Below, in pieces: positions 27,330 through 39,640 of a stretch of DNA of 64,000 nt; position 1 is the first letter of the stretch, and each line of letters opens with the position of its first letter. This stretch comes from Octopus bimaculoides (taxonomy: Eukaryota), in contig NC_069000.1 in NCBI RefSeq assembly GCF_001194135.2, forward strand, positions 2,726,009 to 2,790,008, written 5' to 3'. The notes beneath the pieces were generated by a model that did no database searches, was not told the origin of the DNA, and saw only the letters and a list, made by a program, of their open reading frames with translations. The position numbers were made by a program, and so were the translations under genes.

Positions 27330-27425
27330 TAACCCTTTGCGTTCACAAAGTAGCCAGGCAATCCAAATTATGGAACAACTTGCCAGATGACGCTGTTAAT
27401 GTGCAACTGAAATACTCTGACTAAA
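27330..27425 (+). mobile_element. Short CR1-like LINE C-terminal relic
   Basis: Translates as SKLWNNLPDDAVNV, resembling the WNxLPxxVV motif at the end of CR1 ORF2. Short match only. Confidence 0.4.
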
Positions 27426-27576
27426 GCAAAAAAAAAAAAAGTATTAATCTCTANNNNNNNNNNTGCAACTGAAATACTCTGACTAAAGCAAAAAAAAAAA
27501 AAGTATTAATCTCTATTATGATACTGAGTGCTTTTTCTCCACACTGTCAATCAATACTACACGCATATATACATAC

Positions 27577-27608
<32 letters not shown>

Positions 27609-28694
27609 GGATGAGTAGATGTTCATCCATATATGCATACAGAATTCTTTAAAAGGGCGTCAGAATAGCAAAACTTGGAGTAACGTTTGATACCGTTTTC
27701 TCCAATACATAACTCTAACATTCCGTATTGTGTACCAAAGTTTCTTTTTCTTGCGTTCGTCATATTAGTAAAACGTTAATTGAAAAAGAAACTCCTTACA
27801 ATATTAGTTTGTTCCCCTTACGTTCTGAGTTCCAAATGCGGCCCAGGACAAACTTTTCGGGACTAGCTGTATATAAAATACCATCTATGAACCGAGAACA
27901 GTTGAACTGACATGCTTCTGCATTTGTCTTTCATAATGAATACATTTTTCGTATACACAGCATTCACCAATGAGTGTAATGTAATCCAATTTCTAGTTTA
28001 ATTTCAGTAAACAGGTGATAAAATATCTTTTTAAAATGTTGAATAATGTATAGATCGACGTGCAGAAATTAATTCGTAGAAAGGATGAGGAAAATATTTT
28101 TTAATCAGCAACATTGTCTCATTACTTTATTTGTTTTATCATTTTTCGTTCATTATTCAAAATTTGACATTACAGTTTCATCATACTGTCATCATTGTTT
28201 ATAGTACGTCATTATCAATTAAATATTTAATCACAGCACAAAACATAAGAGAAAAATTGTATAGATTAATAAAAAAAACAAGACCAAAATCTGATCTGAT
28301 AAAGTGCAAGATGAGGAAGGAGAAAGAAAGAATTTTTGTTGATTTGTTTACATAATGTATCACATTAAACAGCAGCAGCATCTAGGTGGCGCCACTGTGT
28401 CTCTTTTACTTTTATTCTACGTCTAATATGAAAGTCAAAGGTTTTGGCTTGTTAGAGAAGTGGATTAGCATATTAGAAGTATTGGGAATCGTTATCAATA
28501 AAATGTTTTGTAAGACACTGAATTTTTAGAAATGGTTAAAGTTGTGAGAATCAATTGTGAATACGAGGTTTACAGTAATTACAAAGTGGATTCGCAACTC
28601 GATAGCTATGGGTTCGATCTCGCTGATCCGTATCTTGAGTAGGTATCAATTACTTGAGCTTCGGTTTGAGAAGAATCTGGTGGAGAGAAACTCC

Positions 28695-28900
28695 ACTCAT
28701 GACTGTGTGGCAAGAATTTGTTTCCCAACCGAAAAGTGGCAGCCTTGCTCCCACTGCGTGTCTTTTTCAATAGTCTGTGGCCTACAAAATGTCTTGGGAG
28801 TGGATTAGGTAGAGCGAAACTGGACGAAACACGTCGTACATATGCGTATGTCTGTACCCCAATATCACTCGACAACCGGTGTGGAATATTGTACGTCCTA
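28695..28900 (+). mobile_element. SINE family 2, decayed
   Basis: TGTGTGGCAAGAA..TTTCCCAACC..CCCACTGCGTG..GAGTGGATTAGGTAGA..GACAACCGGTGTGG. Confidence 0.55.
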
Positions 28901-29029
28901 GTAACTTCGTATTTGGATCCATCTATCTATCTATCTGTCTGTCTGTCTGTGCACATGTTTACATATATATATATATATATANNNNNNNNNNGTGTGTGTG
29001 TGTGTGTGTATATTTTCATGTGATATAAA

Positions 29030-29350
29030 CATCCTTCGATCATAAATGACGATCGGACTGCACGCCAAAAATTATCCGCCGGGGCAAAAGTCCGGGAAAG
29101 GTTCCATGGAAGATTAGCAGTCGACCATGCATACCAGCCTCCCCTTCCGACGCTATTGATGCTATCCAAGAGTAAGGCAAAGGGCGACACAGCTTGGCAC
29201 CTGTGACGTCGCAACACATTTCTTCTACGGACTAAAATGGAGCAACGTCAATTAAAGCGACTTGATCAGGAACACAACATAGCCCGGTCCACGAGTCGAA
29301 CCCACTACCTCATGATTGTTATCCCGATGCTTTCAGTTTAAGCATATACG
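29030..29350 (-). mobile_element. tRNA-derived SINE, family 3 (central TGTGTTC..CAAG..CTTTA domain)
   Basis: On the minus strand the head is GTGGGTTCGACTC (B-box-like), followed by TGTTGTGTTCCTGATCAAGTCGCTTTAATTGACGTTGCTCC. Similar copies lie at 57880-58007 and 30600-30750. Confidence 0.7.
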
Positions 29351-29894
29351 TATAGTCATTTTCCCTTTTAATAATCTAAAATTATCAATCGCAATCTTAT
29401 ATTAATTGCATTTGAACATAGTTATGTGCAACTTTGTATAACTTCTCATCATGCCGTCCATTTCTAAGTATGCTGTTGTTGCCTTAAGTGTCACGACTTC
29501 ATCTTTGCCATATGCCCTAACTCGTTGATTTTGTATTGATGAAAACCTTAACGCATTGTCAAGTAAGTACTTCAATACACGCTTCAATGCATATAATGCG
29601 AATGTCAAGTTACCGTTAAATATAAACTCTTGTGACCCCTTTCTTCCAAGACCCGTACTTAATCGCGTTTACGTCAANNNNNNNNNNNNNNNNNNNNNNN
29701 NNNNNNNNNNNNNNNNNNNNNNNNNNNNNNNNNNNNNNNNNNNNNNNNNNNNNNNNNNNNNNNNNNNNNNNNNNNNNTATATATATATATACACATATAT
29801 ATATAATCTATAAATGTGATATGAAAATTATGCATCATTATAAAAGTTAAGTTTGTCTTATTTTTGTTTCAGACTAAATAAATTCAAATTTATG

Positions 29895-30245
29895 AAATAG
29901 ATAATGTCTGTAGACAGAAACACAATGTTAACCGTCCACAGAGGGCGCGAAAGTAATACAGCTATAGAAAAAATTAAAGCTTAAAATTAATTGAATGACA
30001 GACTGGAAAATTGTCAAGAAATTTCAGGAGATTGGCTCCACCACTTATTGACTTTGATATTGCCGAAAAAGAAGTGTGCGGGCCCTCAGCTTATCAAAAT
30101 TACTAAAGAAAAGATAATGCGTAAATCTCGTCACTCCTTCAGAAAACTGGCTACAACAACAAAACAAGGCGAATGTTGATGCATCGAGTGCTGAAAGAAG
30201 ACGCACCCCTTAAAACATGATCCTTTGTCATGAGCTCACGTAAGT
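29895..30245 (+). mobile_element. Tc1/mariner transposase N-terminal (HTH) relic
   Basis: Across frameshifts it reads MSVDRNTMLTVHRGRESNTAIEKI..WKIVKKFQEIGSTT..RKRSVR.PQLIKITKEKIMRKSRHSFRKLA..MHRVLKED..HELT, the typical paired-HTH region. No DDE domain or TIR pair was identified. Confidence 0.75.
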
Positions 30246-30599
30246 TTATAAGAACATTGGACTGGGGAGATTATAAAGTAGTGGTGATCACAAAACGAAG
30301 GTGCGCGTGCGTTTGTATGTGAGAGCGTGTAGATGCCTGTGGAAGGGGGCTGGTGACATTGGCTTGTGCGTGTGTGCATATGTAGGTGTGTGGATGATGT
30401 TGTAGGTGCTGGGAAGTGGATAGTGCTAGTGTGTGCGGGATGGTTGATGTGTTGTGTTTAGTGTTTCGAAGTCTTCACCTCAAAATTACGTCTTCACCTC
30501 AAAATTCCTAATCTAGTATCATAATTAAAAATAATTTTTTTGCGAGCAGTCATGGACAGGCAACCAGTAGGTCTTCTCACACTTGAGTCAGAGGTCAGC

Positions 30600-30752
30600 G
30601 CGTTGAATTTATTTCTAGCTGAGTAAACTTGAACGGCAAAAAAATTAAACGCTTTGCTCAAATGCAACAACACAGAGCCCGCTCCATGTTTCGAACCCAC
30701 CAGCCTGTGATCATAAGCACAATATCCTACACAATAGACCACGAGACTTCTC
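30600..30752 (-). mobile_element. SINE family 3, decayed
   Basis: CTAGCTGAGTAAACT..GCTTTGCTCAA..CAACAC..TCGAACCCAC.AGCCTGTGATC. Confidence 0.6.
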
Positions 30753-31399
30753 TTTTGATATACGAAAGCACATACGCACACTCACAGACACTTATAAATA
30801 TACATCTGTGTGTGTATATTTGTGTGAGTATGTGGGCAATTATACGTAATGTGCATTTGTTTTTTGTTATTTTTTAAAAACTGATATAAAATTGTAATGA
30901 TTATAAACTCTTCTTTCGTGTGAATAATTTATTCAAAATGTCTAGACATCTGATATCTTTCGATCATAGCGAAAAAGATTATAAATACTTGAGATTAATT
31001 TTTGCGAAAAATTTATTCAGGCGAGATTTTGAAATAAATTACAGATTGGTGCTACTAATTCCTTATATGCAATATGAAATACATACGATAAGATACTAAT
31101 AGTAACTGGTTACCAACTAATTATAAAATGATATACATTGAAGACCATTTAATTAATAATATTTTGTATCAAAGCCGGAAATTTGATAGCGTTTGGTTTT
31201 TTAGATTACATAAAATGCAGTGGATGATTGGTGCATTACTGCGTCGGCCCCGGATACACAAAATAAGGTAGTCAGCGGTAGGATTTGAAATCATAACGCA
31301 AAAGACTAGTATTAACCTCACAATGCGTTTCAACCGACTTTGTAACGTTTCTGATAATCTATAGCCTTGATGTTTTCGTAATAATCCTTCCCTAAAAAT

Positions 31400-31566
31400 A
31401 GGAGCAGGCGAGTGTGGGGAATAAGTAGTTTGCGTCTTAACTATATGGTTGCGGGTTGGCTCTCACCACAATTCGCCAGGCAAAGGTGTCTTCTGGTATA
31501 GCCTCGATCTGACCAAAGCCTTGTGAGTGGATTCGTTAACTGGAAACTGAAAGAAACCCTGCGTGA

Positions 31567-31570
<4 letters not shown>
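31400..31570 (+). mobile_element. SINE family 2, 5' half
   Basis: GTGTCTTCTGGTATAGCCTCGATCTGACCAAAGCCTTGTGAGTGGATT..GGAAACTGAAAGAA leading into a microsatellite. Confidence 0.75.
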
Positions 31571-31613
<43 letters not shown>

Positions 31614-31829
31614 TAGATAGATATATACACACACACATATATATTATATGTATGTGTGTGTGTGTCTGTATATATGTGTGTGTGNNNNNNNNNNNNNNNN
31701 NNNNNNNNNNNNNNNNNNNNNNNNNNNNNNNNNNNNNNNNNNNNNNNNNNNNNNNNNNNNNNNNNNNNNNNNNNNNNNNNNNNNNNNNNNNNNNNNNNNN
31801 NNNNNNNNNNNNNNNNNNNNNNNNNNNNN

Positions 31830-31871
<42 letters not shown>

Positions 31872-31875
<4 letters not shown>

Positions 31876-32037
31876 CTTTACGTTGTGAGTTCAAATTTCG
31901 CTGAGGTCGACTTTGCCTTTCATTCCTTTCGAAATCAATAAATTAAGTACAAGTGAAACACGGAGTTCGATGAAATCCATTAGTCTCCTCCCCACAAATT
32001 TCAGGCCCTGTACCTAGTGTACAAAGGATTATTATTA
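31872..32037 (+). mobile_element. SINE family 1 (5'-truncated)
   Basis: TCTTTACGTTGTGAGTTCAAATTTCGCTGAGGTCGACTTTGCCTTTCAT..CAAATTTCAGGCCCTGTACCTAG..ATTATTATT. Confidence 0.75.
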
Positions 32038-32529
32038 CTGTTGTAATTGCTTTGATGACTACCTTATCTAATACCATCTACACTAACTAGTTTTAAATAC
32101 GGTAGCGTTATATTCAAGAGGCAATATAGCTGCTATTTCGAGCGATTTGAAAGATCACTGTGAGAGTACCTCGTGCAATTTTGAATAAGTGATTTACTGT
32201 AAGAGGAAAACCAAAACGAAAAGCCAAAAACCAAATCAACCTTTTCTCAGCTACATTACTTGAGGAAAATAATAGGTTAACTTTCGATAGTAGATGAAAG
32301 AGATTCCATTTGTTTTCGCTTCCGGAAAGATTACATTCAGTTAAGTAATGTCAAAGTTTATATATGAAAATAGATAACAGTTTTGATTACTTTCACGGCA
32401 GCCAAAACCATTATAGAAGTTATGTAAAGAGAGATTTTCAAAACAGATTTGCGTTAAAATAAGACGATTTGATACAAAACGGAGGAGACTCTTGCGTAAG
32501 TATAAATTTATTAGATTGAATAACACTCA

Positions 32530-32571
<42 letters not shown>

Positions 32572-33069
32572 NNNNNNNNNNNNNNNNNNNNNNNNCATAC
32601 ATAATGTATGTGTGTTTCCAGTTTATATTTGGATTGAAAGATTCTCGGTGTGAGCTCGTCTGTTGAAAATGATTTTGTTGTTTCTGGTGATGGTCAGTAT
32701 GCCGATACTGAAAACCGGCACTGGTTGTATTTCACCTCTGATTATATAATTAGTAAAAGTTAGATTTCTAATAAAGGTTCTTCATATTGAATTTGTAGCT
32801 TACCATCGTATTTTTTTTAAATATGAAATTTTGCAAGTGTAAGGTGTGTTATGAACATTTACAGAAGATCTATCCTATATAAACTCAATGAACAATTAAA
32901 GATGTTAAACGTTTTATAAAACGTTTAACGTCTCTTCTCCATCTTTAATTGTTTGTTGAATATATATGCGATACGTGCTCTATAAATGTTCATAACACAC
33001 CTTATAAATGTATTTATATATATGTATGTTTGTACTTATATACGCATACATACACAATAGCCTCCTTTC

Positions 33070-33190
33070 ATTTTATATGTACCAAATTCATTCACAAAGA
33101 TTTGGTTGGTCGGCCCGCGTCTATAGTCGAAAACACATCCCTATAGGGCCGCACAGTAAGATTGAACCCAAAGACAGAGCGTCGTATGAC
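33070..33190 (-). mobile_element. SINE family 2, 5' half, decayed
   Basis: ACCAAATTCATTCACAA..TTTGGT..CGGCCCG..CTATAGT.GAA.ACAC..TGAACCC. Confidence 0.6.
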
Positions 33191-33233
33191 CCTACATAGA
33201 TACGTACACACACACACAAACACACACACACAC

Positions 33234-33280
<47 letters not shown>

Positions 33281-35287
33281 TTGTATTTCTTCAAGGATAT
33301 ATTGTTACTAGCAGCTTTTCACGAGAAAATCCTCGCTCTGTTTAAACTTCTCCTTGACATAAGATGCACCGTCTAATTTGGGATAAGAAAGGAGCACACT
33401 TGATGTGACTTTTATATCGAAACGTAAGATATTTGCAGTTTACGACCGTTCGATCCTTACGATATAATTTTAATCCTATTTGCGGATAACAGCTCGCTAT
33501 ATCATAAACGAATTTACTGATATCTACTTCATTTCTTGCTGCCTAAAGACCTGCATGCGTATATAATTTTTATGTCCATATTGTTTCCCTAGAAACAGTG
33601 TTATATATCTACGACTGTATATAAATGATCGATGTGTGTATATTTTACAGCGTATGTTTTGTTATATTTTCATGTTCCCTCTGGTCTCGATTTGCTTGTA
33701 TATTATTATATAGGAGCTTGGAGTTTGCCTTAATCATTTTATTAATAATTTTATCGAGGAACAGAGGTGTATTTTACCATTTTACCATTATATTAATGGA
33801 TACATATTTCGATTATGATTATACTACGCCCTAACTGATATTTGATACAGAATTAATTTTTGTCTCGTAGAGCCCTCTTGCTGTACATGTTATATATAGG
33901 TACATAAACTCAACAATTTAATGTAGAATTTCATTACGAGTTGCAAGTAAACTTTATACGATCCTATCACTGCATTTGAAAGATATTTATTATATTGGCC
34001 CCTATCTAGCTGTTGATTTAATGTAGGCTGTTGACTACGAGAACTCTTGATGTTGTATATAAACATACATATGTGTTTGTCTGTGTGTGTGTGCTTGTTT
34101 CCGTGCATGTGTGTATAGTTAGATAGTTGATGTCTTGATCATTACAATGATTTGTATCCCTATATGTAGACGGGCAATAAAAGGTTGTAGAGCAAAAGTT
34201 TCACACTTTTTAATACTGTTCCCCTGCCCAGCTGCTACAGACCCCGAAAGGTGCGTGTATTATTATTGTAATGTGACCGTTATTTCCCAATGTTCTGCGT
34301 AGACAAAGCGTTCTTGCAAACTCTCCAATAATTCTCCTAGGCTTATATTATTTCATCTACAACCTCAGATCTTTTAAGATAATAATTTACAAATGAATAT
34401 TTTATATTAACCTCTGAAATGTGAAATATATCATAAAAAGATATCGTAAACATCAATAATTTCGGTCACTGTGGAGATTGCAAAATCGGACATTTAGGAT
34501 ACAAGTGTCTCTAAGAAGCGGTCTGTGATAAAATGATGTAAAAAGAAATTTTATGCGATAATAACTCATGATAAGTATAACTAGAAACACAGGCCTTCTT
34601 TATCACACTTGGCGTAGGATAAAAAAAAAGAATGCAATAAAGATAGTGTATATCATACGTATATACGAGTGCATGTTTAGGGGTTCGTCAGGTGAAACGA
34701 TAGAATAATTAGAAAATTTAATAGATAAATAAGATTTGTTCGACTAAAATCGTTAAGGTAGTGCATCAGCATGAACGTAGAAAGTAAAAATAAAACATGA
34801 AAGAGCGTCGGGAACATAGCAAGAAATATTTAATAACACTCTTTTAGTTAGGTTGAGATCGAATTCCGATGTTGTCAAATTTTTCTTCCGTCTCTTCAAG
34901 ATCGATATTATGATGTTATACTTAAGTAATGAGCTGGTTTACTATTAGCGTAATGCATCGTAGTGTGAATAGAAATTATAGTAAAACTCGAAAAGCAAAT
35001 ATCAACTTCAATCCTGTTTATCTCTGACATAGGAAACTTGTTCAGATACTGAAAATAGTTAGTGACAGAAATATAGAAATAGACAGACGTTGATATCCGT
35101 AAATAAATTATTAAATCTGTATAGTTTCATACGTAGAAACCGGAAAGACAGAAAAATACATCGTTATTATGAAATGGATATCGACTCCTACATATGAAAT
35201 CATTTAGTTCCAAGAGTCAATTTCCATATTTCTCCGTCTCGTTCTCTATCGTTGGAGAAGTTATTCACTTTCTTTACAACAATCCGC

Positions 35288-35322
<35 letters not shown>

Positions 35323-36703
35323 NNNNNNNNNNNNNNNNNNNNNNNNNNNNNNNNNNNNNNNNNNNNNNNNNNNNNNNNNNNNNNNNNNNNNNNNNNNNNN
35401 NNNNNNNNNNNNNNNNNNNNNNNNNNNNNNNNNNNNNNNNNNNNNNNNNNNNNNNNNNNNNNNNNNNNNNNNNNNNNNNNNNNNNNNNNNNNNNNNNNNN
35501 NNNNNNNNNNNNNNNNNNNNNNNNNNNNNNNNNNNNNNNNNNNNNNNNNNNNNNNNNNNNNNNNNNNNNNNNNNNNNNNNNNNNNNNNNNNNNNNNNNNN
35601 NNNNNNNNNNNNNNNNNNNNNNNNNNNNNNNNNNNNNNNNNNNNNNNNNNNNNNNNNNNNNNNNNNNNNNNNNNNNNNNNNNNNNNNNNNNNNNNNNNNN
35701 NNNNNNNNNNNNNNNNNNNNNNNNNNNNNNNNNNNNNNNNNNNNNNNNNNNNNNNNNNNNNNNNNNNNNNNNNNNNNNNNNNNNNNNNNNNNNNNNNNNN
35801 NNNNNNNNNNNNNNNNNNNNNNNNNNNNNNNNNNNNNNNNNNNNNNNNNNNNNNNNNNNNNNNNNNNNNNNNNNNNNNNNNNNNNNNNNNNNNNNNNNNN
35901 NNNNNNNNNNNNNNNNNNNNNTATATATATATATATGTCCTTCTGTCTCTGAATTATATATTTTATTTCTTTTTCATTTCTTTCGACTCGATATATCCTT
36001 TTATTGGAATTTGCACACGCGGTTATGCATTGTCTTCATGTCGTTGATATCTTTCTCAAAGAAAAAACAACAAAAAAAAAAAGAAATGTAACTTAATGTC
36101 AAAATCCTTCCTTTTGTGAAGCAACTCTGACTTTATTACGTTATTACGCAGGAAGATTTTGGCGCCGCCATCGAATCCATACTTACTATATAATAGTTGT
36201 AATACTAAGGTGAAGACACTGCAGAGGAAATTGGAGGAAGCAAAAGGAAGTGCTCACGTTTTGGAATGAAGTGTAAGATGGTTATTGTGCAATTAACAAG
36301 TCTCTAGAAATAAAACGGAAACACATGTGTGTGTGTGTGCGTGTGTGTGTGTACGAGTGTGACTTTGCGGTTTTGTATGTGATTATATGTATATAGTGTA
36401 TGTCTCTATGCATATATGTATGTATGTAATTCTTATTAGAAAGCCGTTTGTAATTCAGTAATATTCTTAGCCTCAATCAAGGACATGGATATATGCCATT
36501 AAAATATCCCCACACGCGTTTGCGCACGCTTGGATACGCACATAAATAAATGTATTCACACACATTTACCCACCTACCACACGTATATAACATACGTGTT
36601 ACACACACACACACATATATATATATACATAAGCTTTACATACAGACATTCATTCACACTTATATATATTTGTATATATCTGTGTATGTATGTAGGTATG
36701 CAT

Positions 36704-36748
<45 letters not shown>

Positions 36749-37479
36749 CAATACGCATGTTTGTTGTAAACTTCTAGTCGTGTAGCAATTGTACAAGTTA
36801 TTTAACTTTAGAAAGACAAAAATGGTAAATATATCGTTGAGAAACACTAAAAATGTAATTATTCGTCGGAGTATCAAATAAGAAGAGGTATTTAACAAAT
36901 GAAAACAGCTTTCCACTATTTTCTCTATGCTAGAGGTTATTCCGTTAAACGTCTGCTAACGTCCATAAAATGTCGATTTTCCTCCTCAATTAACGCTACG
37001 TCTAACAGTTGTCTAACTAAATGCTTTATTGCAAACGTCTGCTATTCTGTCGCCATAACTATTTGCTATTTGCGACAAGAGGATACAACTTCTCTTAGAA
37101 GTTATAATTCCTCTCATGTGGAATTACATCGCATGCTCAATTCTCTTTGTCAGTATCGGCTCTGAATGAATTTGAAACTAGACTATTTCTAAATAATGCC
37201 AAATCTTTCATTCAGGGTAAATATCTGCGTTGATCAGTTGATAAATTTCAAATGACAACAACTTAATCATTTTTTTTTCTTTTTACTTCCATTTTCTCAT
37301 TCATTCGTTTTATATTATTTTTTATTTCTGTGAGCGTGTTTTTTTTCTGTAATTTTATAGATTAAAGTCTTCATTTCTTTTGCTAAAGAAGGTGCCAAAG
37401 AAAGACGAATCAAATCATTCAAGCTACGTTCTGTTTAAAATCATAAACAACAAAGGAATACGTTAAATATCCAACATCA

Positions 37480-37678
37480 AATAATGGCTTCAAATTCCGT
37501 CGAAATGCCAACAGTTTTAGCAAGAGGAGCATGTCGATTGGTACTTTATCTTATCGACCACTAAAGGATGAGAAGCAATATTGGCCTCAGCTTATTTGAA
37601 CTCAGAACAGAAAGAGCTTGATGAAACGTCGCCAAACATTTTATTCAGTGTGGTAACGGTTCTGCCAGTTCGTCATCT
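37480..37678 (-). mobile_element. SINE family 1, decayed
   Basis: GGTACTTTATCTTATCGACC..AAAGGATGA..ATTTGAACTCAGAAC..TAACGGTTCTGCCAGTTCG matches the reverse complement of family 1. Confidence 0.7.
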
Positions 37679-38488
37679 CATCCAAATGTAATACTATTCC
37701 CTCCAACACGTTCTTTCCAAGTTTTGCTGTAAAGAGCAGTAGTAAGCAAGAACTTTAAAACCTAGTGCGCTTGCACAGTAGATTTTAAGGTTAATCTTTG
37801 CCAAGCGGCTTTACTCTGCGTGCTTTAGCGTCGTTACTATGGATACACTTCTAATACTTGTTCATCAGACCTCGTATATATATTTGTCCAATGTGTGGTA
37901 AGCATTCGTGATGAGTCTACAGACGAGACATTGCTACTTCCCTAGTTCCAATTACGAAAACCCAGAAAAAGCAGCATCCAGACTGTCTCTTATCACTGAG
38001 CAATAAATAATTACAGGCCGAGAAGTAAGGTTCAATGATACAAAAAGGAAAGAGTTCCAATATATATATTACAGAATGAAGAAACGCTCTGAACAAATAC
38101 TGACAAAGCATTTACTCTTGTTCAGAAGATACTCTTCTCATGCAATAAAATATTTCATATACAATAACCTAAGTTCTATTGAAAAGCATTCATATTAGTT
38201 CAAAATATTTATAGTGATTTGACAATAATACAGTTTATCACGATTTACAACATTAACATTAGAAGCGGTAGATTGTAAAGGTTACCGAATTTCTATTTCT
38301 ATATGTGTGCCAACACATACAAATGAACAATCTCATGCGGACATACATACTTGGATACGCACAAACCGTTACTTACGTAAATATGTTCAGTTACACAGAT
38401 ACATACATACAAATATATACACGTACGTATGCTTCGTGTGTATACACATACAAATAAACACATACATATATGAGAAGTGTATACATGG

Positions 38489-38528
<40 letters not shown>

Positions 38529-38709
38529 GTGTGTGTGCGTGTATATGTACGTTTTATATTCTTATATTTATATATAATATATATACATGTATATATGTGT
38601 TGTATAAAAAGAAGTCATTACTTTTATTACCTGGTGTGCATTTTCTTTGTTTCTCTTTACTTTTCCACTATTTATATCACGTGTAGTATTTTTATTTCAA
38701 ATCTGTTTC

Positions 38710-38755
<46 letters not shown>

Positions 38756-38760
<5 letters not shown>

Positions 38761-38936
38761 CATCGTTTAACGTCCATTGTTCATGCTGGCATGGGTTGGA
38801 CAGTTTGACCGGGCAAGCACGTTAGAAGGCTACACCATAGTCCAGTTTGATTTGTTATGGTTTTCTACGGCTGTATGCACTTCATAACGCTAACCACTCC
38901 TAGTGTGTAACGGGTGCTTTTACGTGCCACCTTCCC
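38756..38936 (-). mobile_element. Retroposon 3' end with a (GAT)n tail (RTE-like tail, family unassigned)
   Basis: Plus strand reads CATCATCATCGTTTAACGTCC..CATGCTGGCATGGGTTGGAC..CTTCATAACGCTAACCACT..GGGTGCTTTTACGTGCCAC, recognised from recall as an abundant cephalopod repeat. Single copy in this window. Confidence 0.55.
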
Positions 38937-39595
38937 GTTTGCCATATATATATATATATATTTACATATGTATACATTTATGCATATATATATATATATA
39001 TATATTTACATATGTATACATTTATGCATANNNNNNNNNNNNNNNNNNNNNNNNNNNNNNNNNNNNNNNNNNNNNNNNNNNNNNNNNNNNNNNNNNNNNN
39101 NNNNNNNNNNNNNNNNNNNNNNNNNNNNNNNNNNNNNNNNNNNNNNNNNNNNNNNNNNNNNNNNNNNNNNNNNNNNNNNNNNNNNNNNNNNNNNNNNNNN
39201 NNNNNNNNNNNNNNNNNNNNNNNNNNNNNNNNNNNNNNNNNNNNNNNNNNNNNNNNNNNNNNNNNNNNNNNNNNNNNNNNNNNNNNNNNNNNNNNNNNNN
39301 NNNNNNNNNNNNNNNNNNNNNNNNNNNNNNNNNNNNNNNNNNNNNNNNNNNNNNNNNNNNNNNNNNNNNNNNNNNNNNNNNNNNNNNNNNNNNNNNNNNN
39401 NNNNNNNNNNNNNNNNNNNNNNNNNNNNNNNNNNNNNNNNNNNNNNNNNNNNNNNNNNNNNNNNNNNNNNNNNNNNNNNNNNNNNNNNNNNNNNNNNNNN
39501 NNNNNNNNNNNNNNNNNNNNNNNNNNNNNNNNNNNNATATATATATTTACATATGTATACATTTATGCATATATATACTTACATATGTATACCTT

Positions 39596-39640
<45 letters not shown>

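Noticed and set aside
30471-30506. Short tandem duplications (19-bp unit here; about 30 bp at 53827-53885; 10 bp at 50901-50920)
   Set aside because: Ordinary slippage duplications with two copies only. There is no spacer structure, so these are not CRISPR-like.
35194-36091. ORFs of more than 250 aa here and at 38903-39725 and 62130-63131
   Set aside because: They consist of X residues from N-gaps plus microsatellite translation.
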